32,000 bases of DNA. Source: an uncultured Nitrososphaerota archaeon (lineage in GTDB: Archaea; Korarchaeota; Korarchaeia; Korarchaeales; Korarchaeaceae). Shown one piece after another: positions 1 through 8,642 of this stretch. A program made the position numbers and the translations under genes. Below the pieces are notes generated by a model. The model saw nothing but the letters and a program-made list of their open reading frames with translations, ran no database searches and was not told where the DNA came from. Each line of letters opens with the position of its first letter. The stretch's first letter is position 1. Where the stretch lies: NCBI GenBank assembly GCA_964480775.1, contig CAYZRF010000007.1, positions 40,687 through 72,686 of the forward strand. Reading direction: 5' to 3'.

Positions 1-1167
1 GACCACAAGCTCGTCTCCCTGAATTGAGACTAGTAAAACCCTAGATATTACTGGAAGCGGAACTGGCACATGAACAGGATGTAGCACGGTAAATTGAGCT
101 GTTCCATAGTTTTGTAGCTGTGGTGGTACTTCGCCTATGTTCCAACCGTACCCGGTAGTCTCCAAGTAGTAATACTTCTTTCCATTTTGTTCTATGAAAA
201 ATCCTGAGCCATTTTCTAATTCAACGCCAACACCAACGTGATTAGGAAGCAAGAACAAAACGACATCATAACCTAACTCCATAAGAAGCGTTGCCATGAG
301 GATGGAAGTGTCTTCGCAATCACCTCCTGCATCAACTATGGTCTCTACAGGAAACCTTGGGTACTCGTCAAACCCTGTCGTCGCTACATCTTGACTGTAG
401 GGTAAAGCTTGTACAAAGCGGATAACAAATTGTAGTATGGCCTCCTTCGAAGTGTAACCAGCTTCTCGGGCCAGATCTGTTAACTGCCATACCAGGGTGG
501 AAATGAATGCGTCGTCAAGCGGATCTGAGGCTAGAATGTACCAATCCTCGTGTGGGATATCGTGATCTCTATCTCTGTAATATTCGATCAGCGACTGTGG
601 GACAGATACATCTAGATGGAATGTCTTCCCATCAAACTGCCATGTATACCTTATGACTAACTGAGGGACCTCCCTCCTAGCAAAGGGATTTGCTCTTCTC
701 TTTGCCCTTTTTGTGAACAGCTCATCTAGGATTTTGATATCTTTAAAACTGTCTACGATCTCAGAAGTCTCCTTTCTCGTGTTTCCAGCCAAAATTACGA
801 CTTCTACATTCTTTATTATTCGGATGTATAGGTTTCCAAAACCCTCCCAAGATCTGAGCCTTTCAATCTCTTTCTCAGTCAAAAATTGCCTTGAGATCTC
901 TCCAACCCCGTCGTATGCGTCAGGACCACCTAAAATGAATATGGGATTAGTTCCTTTTGTAATAATATTCCAAAAAACTTCTGGCCCCTTTATCTCAACG
1001 TGATAGCCCTGAGATTCAAGGTATCCCTTTAGCTTCTGAGCAGCTGGAAAATCCGCCTGGTTTGAAATTATGACAGCAGAACTAGATCCCATAATTAATG
1101 TGAAAGAGACGCCTGGACTTAGCAAGATAAGTAAGAAAAGGGAGAGGAGCCACCTCCTGATATCCAT
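1..1167 (-). CDS. Secreted or membrane-anchored transglutaminase-fold (BTLCP-like) cysteine-protease-family protein; the 3' end runs off the left edge of the window
   Basis: This ORF is absent from the supplied track because it has no stop codon inside the window. My own minus-strand translation from the ATG at 1167..1165 stays open for all 389 codons down to position 1. It begins MDIRRWLLSLFLLILLSPGVSF (hydrophobic signal or anchor). It later contains DAGGDCEDTSILMATLLMELGYDVVLFLLPNHVGVGV...YYYLETTGYGW. GDCED, a downstream His and then an acidic residue match the Cys-His-Asp/Glu layout of transglutaminase-like cysteine proteinases. The start lies 7 nt downstream of the stop of the preceding ORF (1175). 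Confidence 0.6.
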   Translation of the reverse strand, partial: MDIRRWLLSLFLLILLSPGVSFTLIMGSSSAVIISNQADFPAAQKLKGYLESQGYHVEIKGPEVFWNIITKGTNPIFILGGPDAYDGVGEISRQFLTEKEIERLRSWEGFGNLYIRIIKNVEVVILAGNTRKETSEIVDSFKDIKILDELFTKRAKRRANPFARREVPQLVIRYTWQFDGKTFHLDVSVPQSLIEYYRDRDHDIPHEDWYILASDPLDDAFISTLVWQLTDLAREAGYTSKEAILQFVIRFVQALPYSQDVATTGFDEYPRFPVETIVDAGGDCEDTSILMATLLMELGYDVVLFLLPNHVGVGVELENGSGFFIEQNGKKYYYLETTGYGWNIGEVPPQLQNYGTAQFTVLHPVHVPVPLPVISRVLLVSIQGDELVV

Positions 1168-1174
1168 CACCCTC

Positions 1175-1555
1175 TCAAGACATCTCAAGGAACTTTTTGG
1201 TGGCATCTACTATTTTCTCTGTTACATCTAAGGCTCTCTTTGCGTCGAGCTTGGCACAGCCAACCTTTGATTCTGGAACCTTTAGGATGAATGTGCAAAA
1301 TGGAAGAATGCCGGCCTCTGAGCAGGTTTTATGAATCGTTTCCAAGTACCAATCAGGAAGCCCAGCTTCTTTAAGCTGGTTTAAGGTGTAGGGACCCTCT
1401 GCCTCCTTACCCATCCTCTTTAAAGCCAATTTCACTGATTTGATGATGATATCGTTGCACCTTCCAATTATCTCCATACAAGAGGAAGTATGAGCTAAAC
1501 CCCTTGTCTTCTCAAGCATTTCCATAACATCATTGATCTTGCTTGGGCTTCTCAT
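1175..1555 (-). CDS. Hypothetical small soluble protein with 5 Cys; family not recognised
   Basis: This is a 126-aa ORF with an ATG start, packed between two same-strand genes (47 nt and 7 nt gaps). It has no recognisable catalytic motif. Cys residues are scattered (SSCMEIIGRC, KTCSEAGILPFC, VGCAKL). Confidence 0.5.
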   Translation of the reverse strand: MRSPSKINDVMEMLEKTRGLAHTSSCMEIIGRCNDIIIKSVKLALKRMGKEAEGPYTLNQLKEAGLPDWYLETIHKTCSEAGILPFCTFILKVPESKVGCAKLDAKRALDVTEKIVDATKKFLEMS

Positions 1556-1602
1556 TTCTCATCATGTAAAGATATATTCACCCTCTAAAAATCTTAGTCA
1601 GG

Positions 1603-3780
1603 TTAATGATGACCTAGTGCTTTCTTGAGAAATTCTAGGATATTTGGAGGGATAAGAGGATCATCGAACTCAATTAATATGCCAGATGAATTTGTTTGGT
1701 GGGTTGCAGCAATTAGATTAAGCAGAGGGGCCGTTTCATCCATTAGTCTAACCATCGACAGATCTATCTGAACGAAAATGGGCTTTTCAAACTTGCTGAA
1801 TGCTTCAACATCTGCTTGGACCGCGTGCAAGATGAAATCTGAAGAAGGAGGCACGTGTCTCACTACATAATCAACTAGCTGCAGAATCTCGTTTGAATTA
1901 CGCCACTCTCTCAGTTCTTGCTCTGGAAAGCCAATGATACCAACTCCCAGTTTTCTATTTCCAATTTTGTTCCTAATGGCAGTAAGAAGTTCTGCAGAAA
2001 TTATTCTTGGCTTACCACATATCCTTATGGCATCTATTTTATCCCCCGCCGTAGAAATCAACGATTTTACGCCCGCTTCAAGACCTCTGGGATCAACTGT
2101 AAAGATGGAAACCTCTACTTGCCTCACCACCTCCTTAACCTCTGAAATGAATAGAGAAAGTTCGGGATCTCCAAGATCCCCTTGGTGCACACCTATGGAA
2201 ATCTTATCAGGACTTAACTCTCGAATTAAGTTAAGCCATGCATCGAGCAATCCTTGGTCCGCATGCTTCAGGTCAGGAAGTCTTATATAGATCGAAATCG
2301 GCATGGCAAAAATATCTGAGGGCTTGACCTCTCCAGTTGCATACACTATGACGAAATCTCCAAAAACTGCTAGAGTCTCAGATTTTATCGTGAAAAACCT
2401 CATGTTCCTGAGCTGCTCCTTTGTTAGCACGAAGATCCCGCTTTTTCTCCCTTGAGCAATAGCTTTGAACATCTCTTCAGTTCTAACTTCGGGGTACATG
2501 CCATGATCGGTCCGTCTGCCAGTGAGAAGAGTAATGGCATCTGCAAGCGGCCCCACCGTGACGTGTATGATCTCGTCCTCCCTGGTGTTTTCTATTATCC
2601 ACTCTGCAACGGAGATTAAATCTGGATTGCTCAAGCCAAATACTCCCCATGCCTTGGGCTCCTCTGAGACCATTGTAGTAAGTTCTCTTGATAAAGGAGC
2701 TGGCTCTATGATTTTATGTCTTTTAAATGGTTGCCTGGGCCCTATGGGAATAAGAGAAAAGCTGAACATAGAGCTAATGATCATGAAAGATAGGGTAACT
2801 GTTAGGATGAGTTTTCTGTTTCTTGCGCGTCCAACTACTCCTTTGTAACCAAGAGCAGCTACGGCCGAATTCACTAGAGGAGCGTGGATGAAGTACCTCC
2901 AACCATAGGTGAACAGAATTGAAAAGAAACCCAAAAAACTCCCAATAAGCAATCTACCTCTGAGCTTATCCTTGAGACAGACATAAATGCCAAAAGGAAG
3001 TAGGACAAGGGTCGGGACGTTCATCGATAAGAACCCAAGTATCTGTAACTTTTCCCTAGCCAAGTTTGCTCTCAGAGCATCTAAGTTATTGAAAATATGT
3101 AGCATCCAAGGAAGGAAAAGTATCAGAGAAAGACAAACTACAAAAAGGGCTTCCTTGAGGTAGCTACGATCGAGTTTATGCATGAGAACTGCTGATATGG
3201 CTAATGAAAGTATTATAGTGTAAGGCATGCCGAGATGGGAGTAAAGGAAGATCGTAAGGAGCGCAGTTGCTATGTATCTCTTCTTTTTCAGGAAGAAGTA
3301 AAGAAAAGGCAGGTATAAAGCTAAGATCATGGCCGTAGGAGCCACCGTAAGTTGCCAACTCCAAAATCTACCGTCGGCTGACAAGAGGCCTAGAAAAGAA
3401 GCTGCAGTTACATCATCAAAAAGAAGTCTAATTGCCAGCCAAGAGAGAAGGAGAGTCAAAGGATACTGAATTATCGCTATTAACCTTCCTATCTCAACAT
3501 AGCCCAGCCCAAATCCGTCATGAATCCACCATATCAGGATATGCTCAAACGGAGGATATAGCTGTGGCCTTCCGACTGGCGCGAATTCGTAGTAATCCCA
3601 AAGAACTACTCTATCGAAGTCCGCGTACATCTTTCCCATCAAAAGGTGGTAAGGCGTATCAAAACCGAAAGGAAGCATGTTTCTATTTGCAAACAAAAGG
3701 ATTAAGTGGGCTAAGATCAGCGCGATTGAGGCGTAGTCCAGAAGCGTGAGTGATCTCAGAGAATGCTTTAGGTCTCTCAA
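1603..3780 (-). CDS. Polytopic membrane protein, probably a GT-C-fold (ArnT/PMT_2-like) glycosyltransferase, with an additional C-terminal soluble domain of about 240 aa
   Basis: The 725-aa ORF has many hydrophobic helices in its first ~340 aa. The first loop reads FGFDTPYHLL, followed by YYEFAPVGRPQLYPPFEH. A post-TM segment, LADAITLLTGRRTDHGMY, resembles the C-terminal region of GT39/ArnT-like enzymes. It is collinear with the 464-aa paralog at 26857..28251. The plus-strand ORFs inside it are shadow ORFs. Confidence 0.7.
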   Translation of the reverse strand: MRDLKHSLRSLTLLDYASIALILAHLILLFANRNMLPFGFDTPYHLLMGKMYADFDRVVLWDYYEFAPVGRPQLYPPFEHILIWWIHDGFGLGYVEIGRLIAIIQYPLTLLLSWLAIRLLFDDVTAASFLGLLSADGRFWSWQLTVAPTAMILALYLPFLYFFLKKKRYIATALLTIFLYSHLGMPYTIILSLAISAVLMHKLDRSYLKEALFVVCLSLILFLPWMLHIFNNLDALRANLAREKLQILGFLSMNVPTLVLLPFGIYVCLKDKLRGRLLIGSFLGFFSILFTYGWRYFIHAPLVNSAVAALGYKGVVGRARNRKLILTVTLSFMIISSMFSFSLIPIGPRQPFKRHKIIEPAPLSRELTTMVSEEPKAWGVFGLSNPDLISVAEWIIENTREDEIIHVTVGPLADAITLLTGRRTDHGMYPEVRTEEMFKAIAQGRKSGIFVLTKEQLRNMRFFTIKSETLAVFGDFVIVYATGEVKPSDIFAMPISIYIRLPDLKHADQGLLDAWLNLIRELSPDKISIGVHQGDLGDPELSLFISEVKEVVRQVEVSIFTVDPRGLEAGVKSLISTAGDKIDAIRICGKPRIISAELLTAIRNKIGNRKLGVGIIGFPEQELREWRNSNEILQLVDYVVRHVPPSSDFILHAVQADVEAFSKFEKPIFVQIDLSMVRLMDETAPLLNLIAATHQTNSSGILIEFDDPLIPPNILEFLKKALGHH

Positions 3781-3975
3781 ATCAATTACCTGCCATTTTA
3801 TGGCATCTCATAACCTAAATATGGAATATTTGAGCAGAAGCAAATGTTACATTCAACTAAGATAAATAAACGTTTGTTTCAATGATGCATCGTAATAAGC
3901 TGGAACGAAGTGCCGCGGGTCATACATAGATAAAACATAAATTTCTCAGTTAATTGAAAATAAACTGGAACTCAA

Positions 3976-4605
3976 TTGAGGCCCATTCCATGGGCTAGAG
4001 TTAGAGATTGGAGCTGTTTAGCCTGTGGAGAGTGTTGTAAGTGGTTTATGATCCCTTTAAGGGCTGACGAGCTTGCGAGAATACTTCATACCTTCGGAGA
4101 GTGGGCTATTGAGTTTAAGCTAGCAAAAGCTTACATAAGAAAGCCATACTCTGGATCTAGATGCATCTTTCAGTACAAAATGCAGGATAAGTGGGTGTGT
4201 ACCCTACAAAGAATGAACATGAAGCCTTTAGCGTGCAAACTCTGGCCATTTATCCCATTAATTAAGCCAAAATATGGTAGGGATCAAGAAGCATTCTTTG
4301 AACATTTAGGTGAACGTTTCTACATATATGTGGATCCTAGGTGCCCTGGAATAACCCTTGGTAGACCTTCATTACACTTACTTCAAAAAGTGCTTCCAGA
4401 GGTCGTTGAACTAAGAATGGGCATTAAAGCTAAGCAAGACTTCACAACCTCCCATATCAAGAAACAAATTCCTTCTTTGCCTTATTACATCTTAGCTTAT
4501 CGACAAAGAATAGGAATCATGAAAAAACCTGAGTTTCTAAGTTTTATACGCAAACAAACCTTTTATAATGAGAACCCAACATTAAGGAACCTTTATGCAT
4601 CATAA
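3976..4605 (+). CDS. YkgJ-family Cys-cluster protein (putative Zn/Fe-chelating domain, CxxCxxCC)
   Basis: The N-terminal motif CLACGECC is followed by further conserved Cys residues (SRCIF, VCT, LACKLWPF, DPRCPG), which is typical of the UPF0153/YkgJ family. The start is TTG at 3976, because the next ATG would delete the motif. An A/T-rich box lies about 20 nt upstream. Confidence 0.7.
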   Translation: MRPIPWARVRDWSCLACGECCKWFMIPLRADELARILHTFGEWAIEFKLAKAYIRKPYSGSRCIFQYKMQDKWVCTLQRMNMKPLACKLWPFIPLIKPKYGRDQEAFFEHLGERFYIYVDPRCPGITLGRPSLHLLQKVLPEVVELRMGIKAKQDFTTSHIKKQIPSLPYYILAYRQRIGIMKKPEFLSFIRKQTFYNENPTLRNLYAS

Positions 4606-4744
4606 AAATAGATTAAAGGCTCAGAAAACCCAGAATTTTACATCCCAGGTCCTTTTACATTGTTTTTGGGATAGATACTGCTTTGAATATCTACGTAAGG
4701 AATATGAAAGATTTTATTCGAAAGTCCTCAAAGGATCAATAACC

Positions 4745-5161
4745 ATGATTACTAGGGCTATGGAAGATTACCTAGAGGTAATTTACTGGCTTTCTAAGGA
4801 AAAAGGATCAGCAAAAATCTCCGATATATCTCAAATGATGGGAGTAAGACTTCCGAGCGTAAGTGAAATGATGAAAAGGCTCAAAGCCGAAGAATTGGTG
4901 GATTATGAACCTTATGGCGAGGTAACTTTGACAGAAAAAGGAATGGAAGTAGCAGTTAAGATAGCAGCGCGCCACGAATTGCTTGCAGGCTTCTTCATGG
5001 CTTTAGGCGTGGAGAAAAAGATAGCCATCGAGGATGCATGCAAGGTAGAACACGATTTACATCCAGATACTCTAAAAAAGCTAAGGAATTTCATCAAGTT
5101 CGTGACAGAGAGGTCTATATTTTCTAAGTTCTCAGAATATGTTTCGGAGGAAAAAGGTTAG
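4745..5161 (+). CDS. DtxR/MntR-family metal-dependent transcriptional repressor (short form, no SH3-like domain)
   Basis: MITRAMEDYLEVIYWL...ISDISQMMGVRLPSVSEMMKRLKAEELV...VTLTEKG...ARHELLAGFF...ACKVEHDLHPD is the canonical DtxR N-terminal wHTH plus dimerisation/metal-binding domain. I moved the start to the ATG at 4745. The track start at 4595 adds 50 residues that do not resemble the family. Confidence 0.85.
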   Translation: MITRAMEDYLEVIYWLSKEKGSAKISDISQMMGVRLPSVSEMMKRLKAEELVDYEPYGEVTLTEKGMEVAVKIAARHELLAGFFMALGVEKKIAIEDACKVEHDLHPDTLKKLRNFIKFVTERSIFSKFSEYVSEEKG

Positions 5162-5202
5162 CCCAATTTCTTTTTATAAGGTTAAGCCTCTTCCATAGAG
5201 AA

Positions 5203-6135
5203 GTGGCCCAGGTCATCGTCTCAAGGAATCTCCGTAAGAGATTTGGCAGGATTCAGGCTCTGAGAGGAATCTCATTCTCAGTGTCCAAGGGATCAGCAAC
5301 CGCCCTGTTAGGCCCTAATGGGGCTGGAAAGACTACTACCATGAAGATACTTCTTGGCCTACTAAAACCAGACTCAGGAGAGGTTGAAGTATTTGGCATG
5401 AACCCTTGGGAGAACGGAGACAGGATAAGGAGCATAGTAGGAGTTCTCCATGAAAAGCCCATTTATCCCGAGTGGGTAAGCGTAAGACAGCTGATAAGGT
5501 ATGCAGCCAAACTCCGGGGACTTGGGGAGATGGACGAAAGGAGGGCAATAAAGCTATCAGGTTTGGAAGAATACACTGATGCTAGGGTCTCTTCTTTATC
5601 TAGGGGCTATTTGCAGAGATTGGGAATTGCTCTGGCAATCCTTGGGGACCCAGAACTCCTCCTACTAGACGAACCTACCGCCAATTTGGATCCTGCTGCG
5701 AGGATGGAGATATTGCATCTAATATCCCTTCTAAAGGAGGAGTTGGATGTTACTGTGCTAATCTCCTCTCATATAATTCCAGAACTGGAAATGGTATGCG
5801 ATTCTGCCGTATTCATAAACGAGGGGTTGGTTCTTGATCAAGGCAGACTTGATGAGTTAGCAAGAAAGCACAACTCCAGCGCGATAGTCGTGATCAGAAC
5901 TAGAAGGCCTAGAAAGCTCGCCTCTAGGCTGATAGAGATGGAATACGTTAAGTCCGTTGAAATAAGCCGCGAGGAGGTGAGGGTTGAAGTAATGCCGGGC
6001 GAGCTATCAACGCTAGAATCAGAGATCACAAGACTTGACAGCGAATATGGAGTTGATGAGATCAAATCAACCTTAGGGAGACTTCAAGACCTTTATTGGA
6101 AGGTGGTTGGTGTTGCTAAGGCTGAAACGTCTTAA
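5203..6135 (+). CDS. ABC transporter ATP-binding protein (ABC-2/exporter-type)
   Basis: Walker A is GPNGAGKTT, the signature-like motif is LSRGYLQRLGIA, Walker B is LLLLDEPT, and the H-loop is SSH. The start is GTG. A TTTTTATA box at 5171..5178 lies 32 nt upstream. Confidence 0.9.
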   Translation: MAQVIVSRNLRKRFGRIQALRGISFSVSKGSATALLGPNGAGKTTTMKILLGLLKPDSGEVEVFGMNPWENGDRIRSIVGVLHEKPIYPEWVSVRQLIRYAAKLRGLGEMDERRAIKLSGLEEYTDARVSSLSRGYLQRLGIALAILGDPELLLLDEPTANLDPAARMEILHLISLLKEELDVTVLISSHIIPELEMVCDSAVFINEGLVLDQGRLDELARKHNSSAIVVIRTRRPRKLASRLIEMEYVKSVEISREEVRVEVMPGELSTLESEITRLDSEYGVDEIKSTLGRLQDLYWKVVGVAKAETS

Positions 6136-6931
6136 AACCTCTATAACTAGGATGAAGCTCCATCTTGAATTCGTTCTAGCAAGGTATTTGCCTCTATATG
6201 CGTTTGTGGCCTTCTTAGCAGCAATAATAAACGCGTATTTGGTTATTCCATCAATATTAGATCAGATAGTGGCTTCTTCCATGCCTTCCCCTTATTTTGG
6301 TCTCTATGGGCCATATTCAAGCACCATAAGCGTCTCACTTACGCTGGTGCATCTGATCTTCAGCTTAGTTTCCATATCCTTGGCTGCCTCAATGGCTGGA
6401 GAGCTGAGATCAACCTCTTTGTTCCACTTATCTCAACCACTTAGGAGGATAGAGTACTCTATTTCATGGTTGCTATCAATAGCATGGCTTCCTTCTCTGC
6501 TAATGGCCCTTTCCCTATTCGTTCCAGTAGCTTCTTTTGATCCTAGGCTTGTTTTGAGGGTAAGCTTTCAACCCATATACCTCAGACTAGTGGAGGACCT
6601 TTTGACTTTCTCTATTTTCTGTTGGGCTGCTCTAAGCAAGAAGAGGGGAATCGTGGCCTTCATAGGCCTGTTCTTCGTTCTCATTCTTCCTTTTCTTTCT
6701 ATGGTCTTAATGAGTCTCATAGTTTACGTCTTCTACCAAGGAACGAATCCTCCAACGCTCTTACTAACAGCTTATGAAGTGCTATTCCCTTCAACAGCCT
6801 CGACCTTCTTCATAGGAGGTATGGCACAAGCACTAGATCCAATGAAAGCGTCTTTTGGTACCTTGCTAACGCTGACGATAGCACAAGTAGGCTATCTGTT
6901 TTACTTTATCAGAAAATTCGAGGTGAGATAA
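6107..6931 (+). CDS. ABC-2-family permease-like polytopic membrane protein
   Basis: The protein has about 6 hydrophobic helices. The segment GELRSTSLFHLSQPLRRIEY fits the E..T..L...P..R pattern that follows TM1-2 in many ABC-2 permeases. It overlaps the end of the ATPase gene. The SD GGAAGGTGG at 6098..6106 favours TTG 6113 or GTG 6110 over TTG 6107, and ATG 6152 is also possible. Confidence 0.6.
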   Translation: MVLLRLKRLKTSITRMKLHLEFVLARYLPLYAFVAFLAAIINAYLVIPSILDQIVASSMPSPYFGLYGPYSSTISVSLTLVHLIFSLVSISLAASMAGELRSTSLFHLSQPLRRIEYSISWLLSIAWLPSLLMALSLFVPVASFDPRLVLRVSFQPIYLRLVEDLLTFSIFCWAALSKKRGIVAFIGLFFVLILPFLSMVLMSLIVYVFYQGTNPPTLLLTAYEVLFPSTASTFFIGGMAQALDPMKASFGTLLTLTIAQVGYLFYFIRKFEVR

Positions 6932-7708
6932 TTGCTTAAAAGTGCTGGAAAGCTCCTGATCTCCCTTGGCTTAGCCGCTCTGATATCAATGTTTCTCTTA
7001 GTAAGGACAATCCCAGTGTACATGGGAGGAAGCGCTATAAGATCAACTTGGGTTGATGAGCAGCAGAACATGGTGGGATTCCTGACGACCAGTTCTTGGT
7101 TTAGTTTACCGAGGATGGAAGGAATTTCATATGAAATTAGTTGCACTGCAAACTTGTATACAAGAAGGATAATGCCTTTGCCGTCCCCAGGCCCCTCAAC
7201 TGTTCCTGTACCGCAGCCAAACCTGACTTTAGCCAATTTCACGGTTCATCAAATGAGGCTTTACATCATCAACAAATCTGCCGCCAGCGAAAGTGGGCTG
7301 ACATGGGCCCTTTCTAATCCAAGTTCGGAGATATTAAGCGTGCTTGAGGAATATTCATCAATAACAACTGATTTGAAGGAGGAAGTGTCCCCATACAAAC
7401 CAGCTTATGTCATTACTTACGAGGAAAAGCTATCCCTTAAGCCAATAAACGAAGAGAGAATAGCCGTGCTTGTGATGCTTTCTAATGCTACAGGCGGTAT
7501 AATCGAGCCAAATGTTGAGTTCACCATCTTGATGAATGTAAAACCAGTTCCGCGTCAGTACCTTAGAGGGCTGTACATACTGGCAGCTGGGACCTCTCTG
7601 ATAATTCTACACTATCTTAGGCATCCTGATGAAGCTAAAGAGCTATCGGCAACTCTCAGAAGAAGGTTCCCTCTTCTCTTTGGGAAATCCACCAGAGAGA
7701 GAAGCTGA
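6932..7708 (+). CDS. Bitopic membrane protein (N- and C-terminal TM helices flanking an extracytoplasmic domain of about 190 aa); unknown family
   Basis: The TTG start at 6932 is preceded by the SD GAGGTGA (6920..6926) with 5-nt spacing. The N-terminal helix is LLISLGLAALISMFLLV and the C-terminal helix is LYILAAGTSLIILHYL. It lies directly downstream of the ABC-2 permease. Confidence 0.5.
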   Translation: MLKSAGKLLISLGLAALISMFLLVRTIPVYMGGSAIRSTWVDEQQNMVGFLTTSSWFSLPRMEGISYEISCTANLYTRRIMPLPSPGPSTVPVPQPNLTLANFTVHQMRLYIINKSAASESGLTWALSNPSSEILSVLEEYSSITTDLKEEVSPYKPAYVITYEEKLSLKPINEERIAVLVMLSNATGGIIEPNVEFTILMNVKPVPRQYLRGLYILAAGTSLIILHYLRHPDEAKELSATLRRRFPLLFGKSTRERS

Positions 7709-8642
7709 TAACGGCTAAAAGAAGCAAGGGATACTTAGATAGAGGAATTTGGCTTTCTACGTACTCCTCTACATGAGTCTTAACCTCTACTCTTCCAAAA
7801 ACCTCTCCTACCTTATTTGCCAAATCCTCCAAGGATTGAACCAAGTTCTGAACTGTTCCAGCTGTGTGCTGCTCTCCTCCTGTCTGCTCAGCCATGTATT
7901 TAGTTTCAAGCTCACCTTTATCGCCTTTTGGTCCAATATACACAGAGAATATCGGAATTCCAGCATTTGAGAACTCAGAAAGAATATTTCTATATTCTTG
8001 CACGTCTGCTGGCATGCCATCTGTAACGAATACGAGGGCGCATGGGATGTTGAAATACCTGTACGCCCTAAGCCAGGAAAGGGCTGTCATCATAGGGTTG
8101 CTGTACATGGTTCCTCCCTCAGGCTTAAGTTGAAGAACAATGTCCTCCACAGCACTCCTATCATCCGTTATGGGCACCTGAGCAACAAGCTCCCCCGAAA
8201 ACGCGATTAAACCGACATCTATGCCCTCAGGAAGTTCTTTTAAGAAGGTCTGAATCGCCTTTTTGGCTGCTTCAATTTTAACCCCGCCAAGAATAGTATC
8301 TGACATGCTGCCTGAGACATCCATGGCGATGACGACGGCTGGGTTGGCCACCTGATAGGAGTACTCCACTTCTCCAGTGACTTCTCTTAAAATCTTCCTT
8401 TTCACGGTTACGGTGGGCGAAGCTAGGGCTATACAAGTAAGGATCAATAAGCATACCTTCATAAGGGTTCTCTTTCCTTCCCTTCTCTGCTTTTCCTTGG
8501 CAATTACCGAAATAAGAGGATATCGGAAAACGAGCGACCCTTTCAGCTTCTTTAACAACCACCTGTTCACAACAAGGAGTGCTAACCCCGCAAAGAATAA
8601 GATCAGGCTTAGAAGCGGGTTCTCGAAAGATATTCTCGCCAT
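7656..8642 (-). CDS. VWA-domain membrane protein, BatA/BatB-like
   Basis: MARISFENPLLSLILFF is a BatA-type N-terminus. The MIDAS motif is DVSGSMSD, followed by GGTMY and FVTDGMPAD, and there is a C-terminal TM helix. I set the start at the ATG at 8642, preceded by the SD GGTGGGG. This ATG overlaps the upstream stop as TAATG. Confidence 0.85.
   Translation of the reverse strand: MARISFENPLLSLILFFAGLALLVVNRWLLKKLKGSLVFRYPLISVIAKEKQRREGKRTLMKVCLLILTCIALASPTVTVKRKILREVTGEVEYSYQVANPAVVIAMDVSGSMSDTILGGVKIEAAKKAIQTFLKELPEGIDVGLIAFSGELVAQVPITDDRSAVEDIVLQLKPEGGTMYSNPMMTALSWLRAYRYFNIPCALVFVTDGMPADVQEYRNILSEFSNAGIPIFSVYIGPKGDKGELETKYMAEQTGGEQHTAGTVQNLVQSLEDLANKVGEVFGRVEVKTHVEEYVESQIPLSKYPLLLLAVISFSLWWISQREEGTFF

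Noticed and set aside
713-1003. 96-aa plus-strand ORF in the supplied track
   Set aside because: It lies entirely inside the much longer open minus-strand frame (1..1167), which has a signal peptide and a transglutaminase-fold catalytic motif. Its own sequence is low-complexity (S/I/F-rich) and typical of a shadow ORF.
1918-3749. Several plus-strand ORFs (75-118 aa) inside the 725-aa membrane-protein gene, and the nested minus-strand ORF 3176..3364
   Set aside because: All are contained within the long minus-strand ORF, which has a clear paralog elsewhere in the window. They have no start context or motifs.
6929-6934. ORFs 6107..6931 and 6932..7708 are in the same frame, separated by a single TAA; possible read-through, pseudogene or sequencing error
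   Set aside because: A strong SD (GAGGTGA, 6920..6926) sits 5 nt before the TTG at 6932, and the second ORF begins with its own TM helix. This fits ordinary translational coupling of two genes, and a shared frame has a one-in-three chance expectation.
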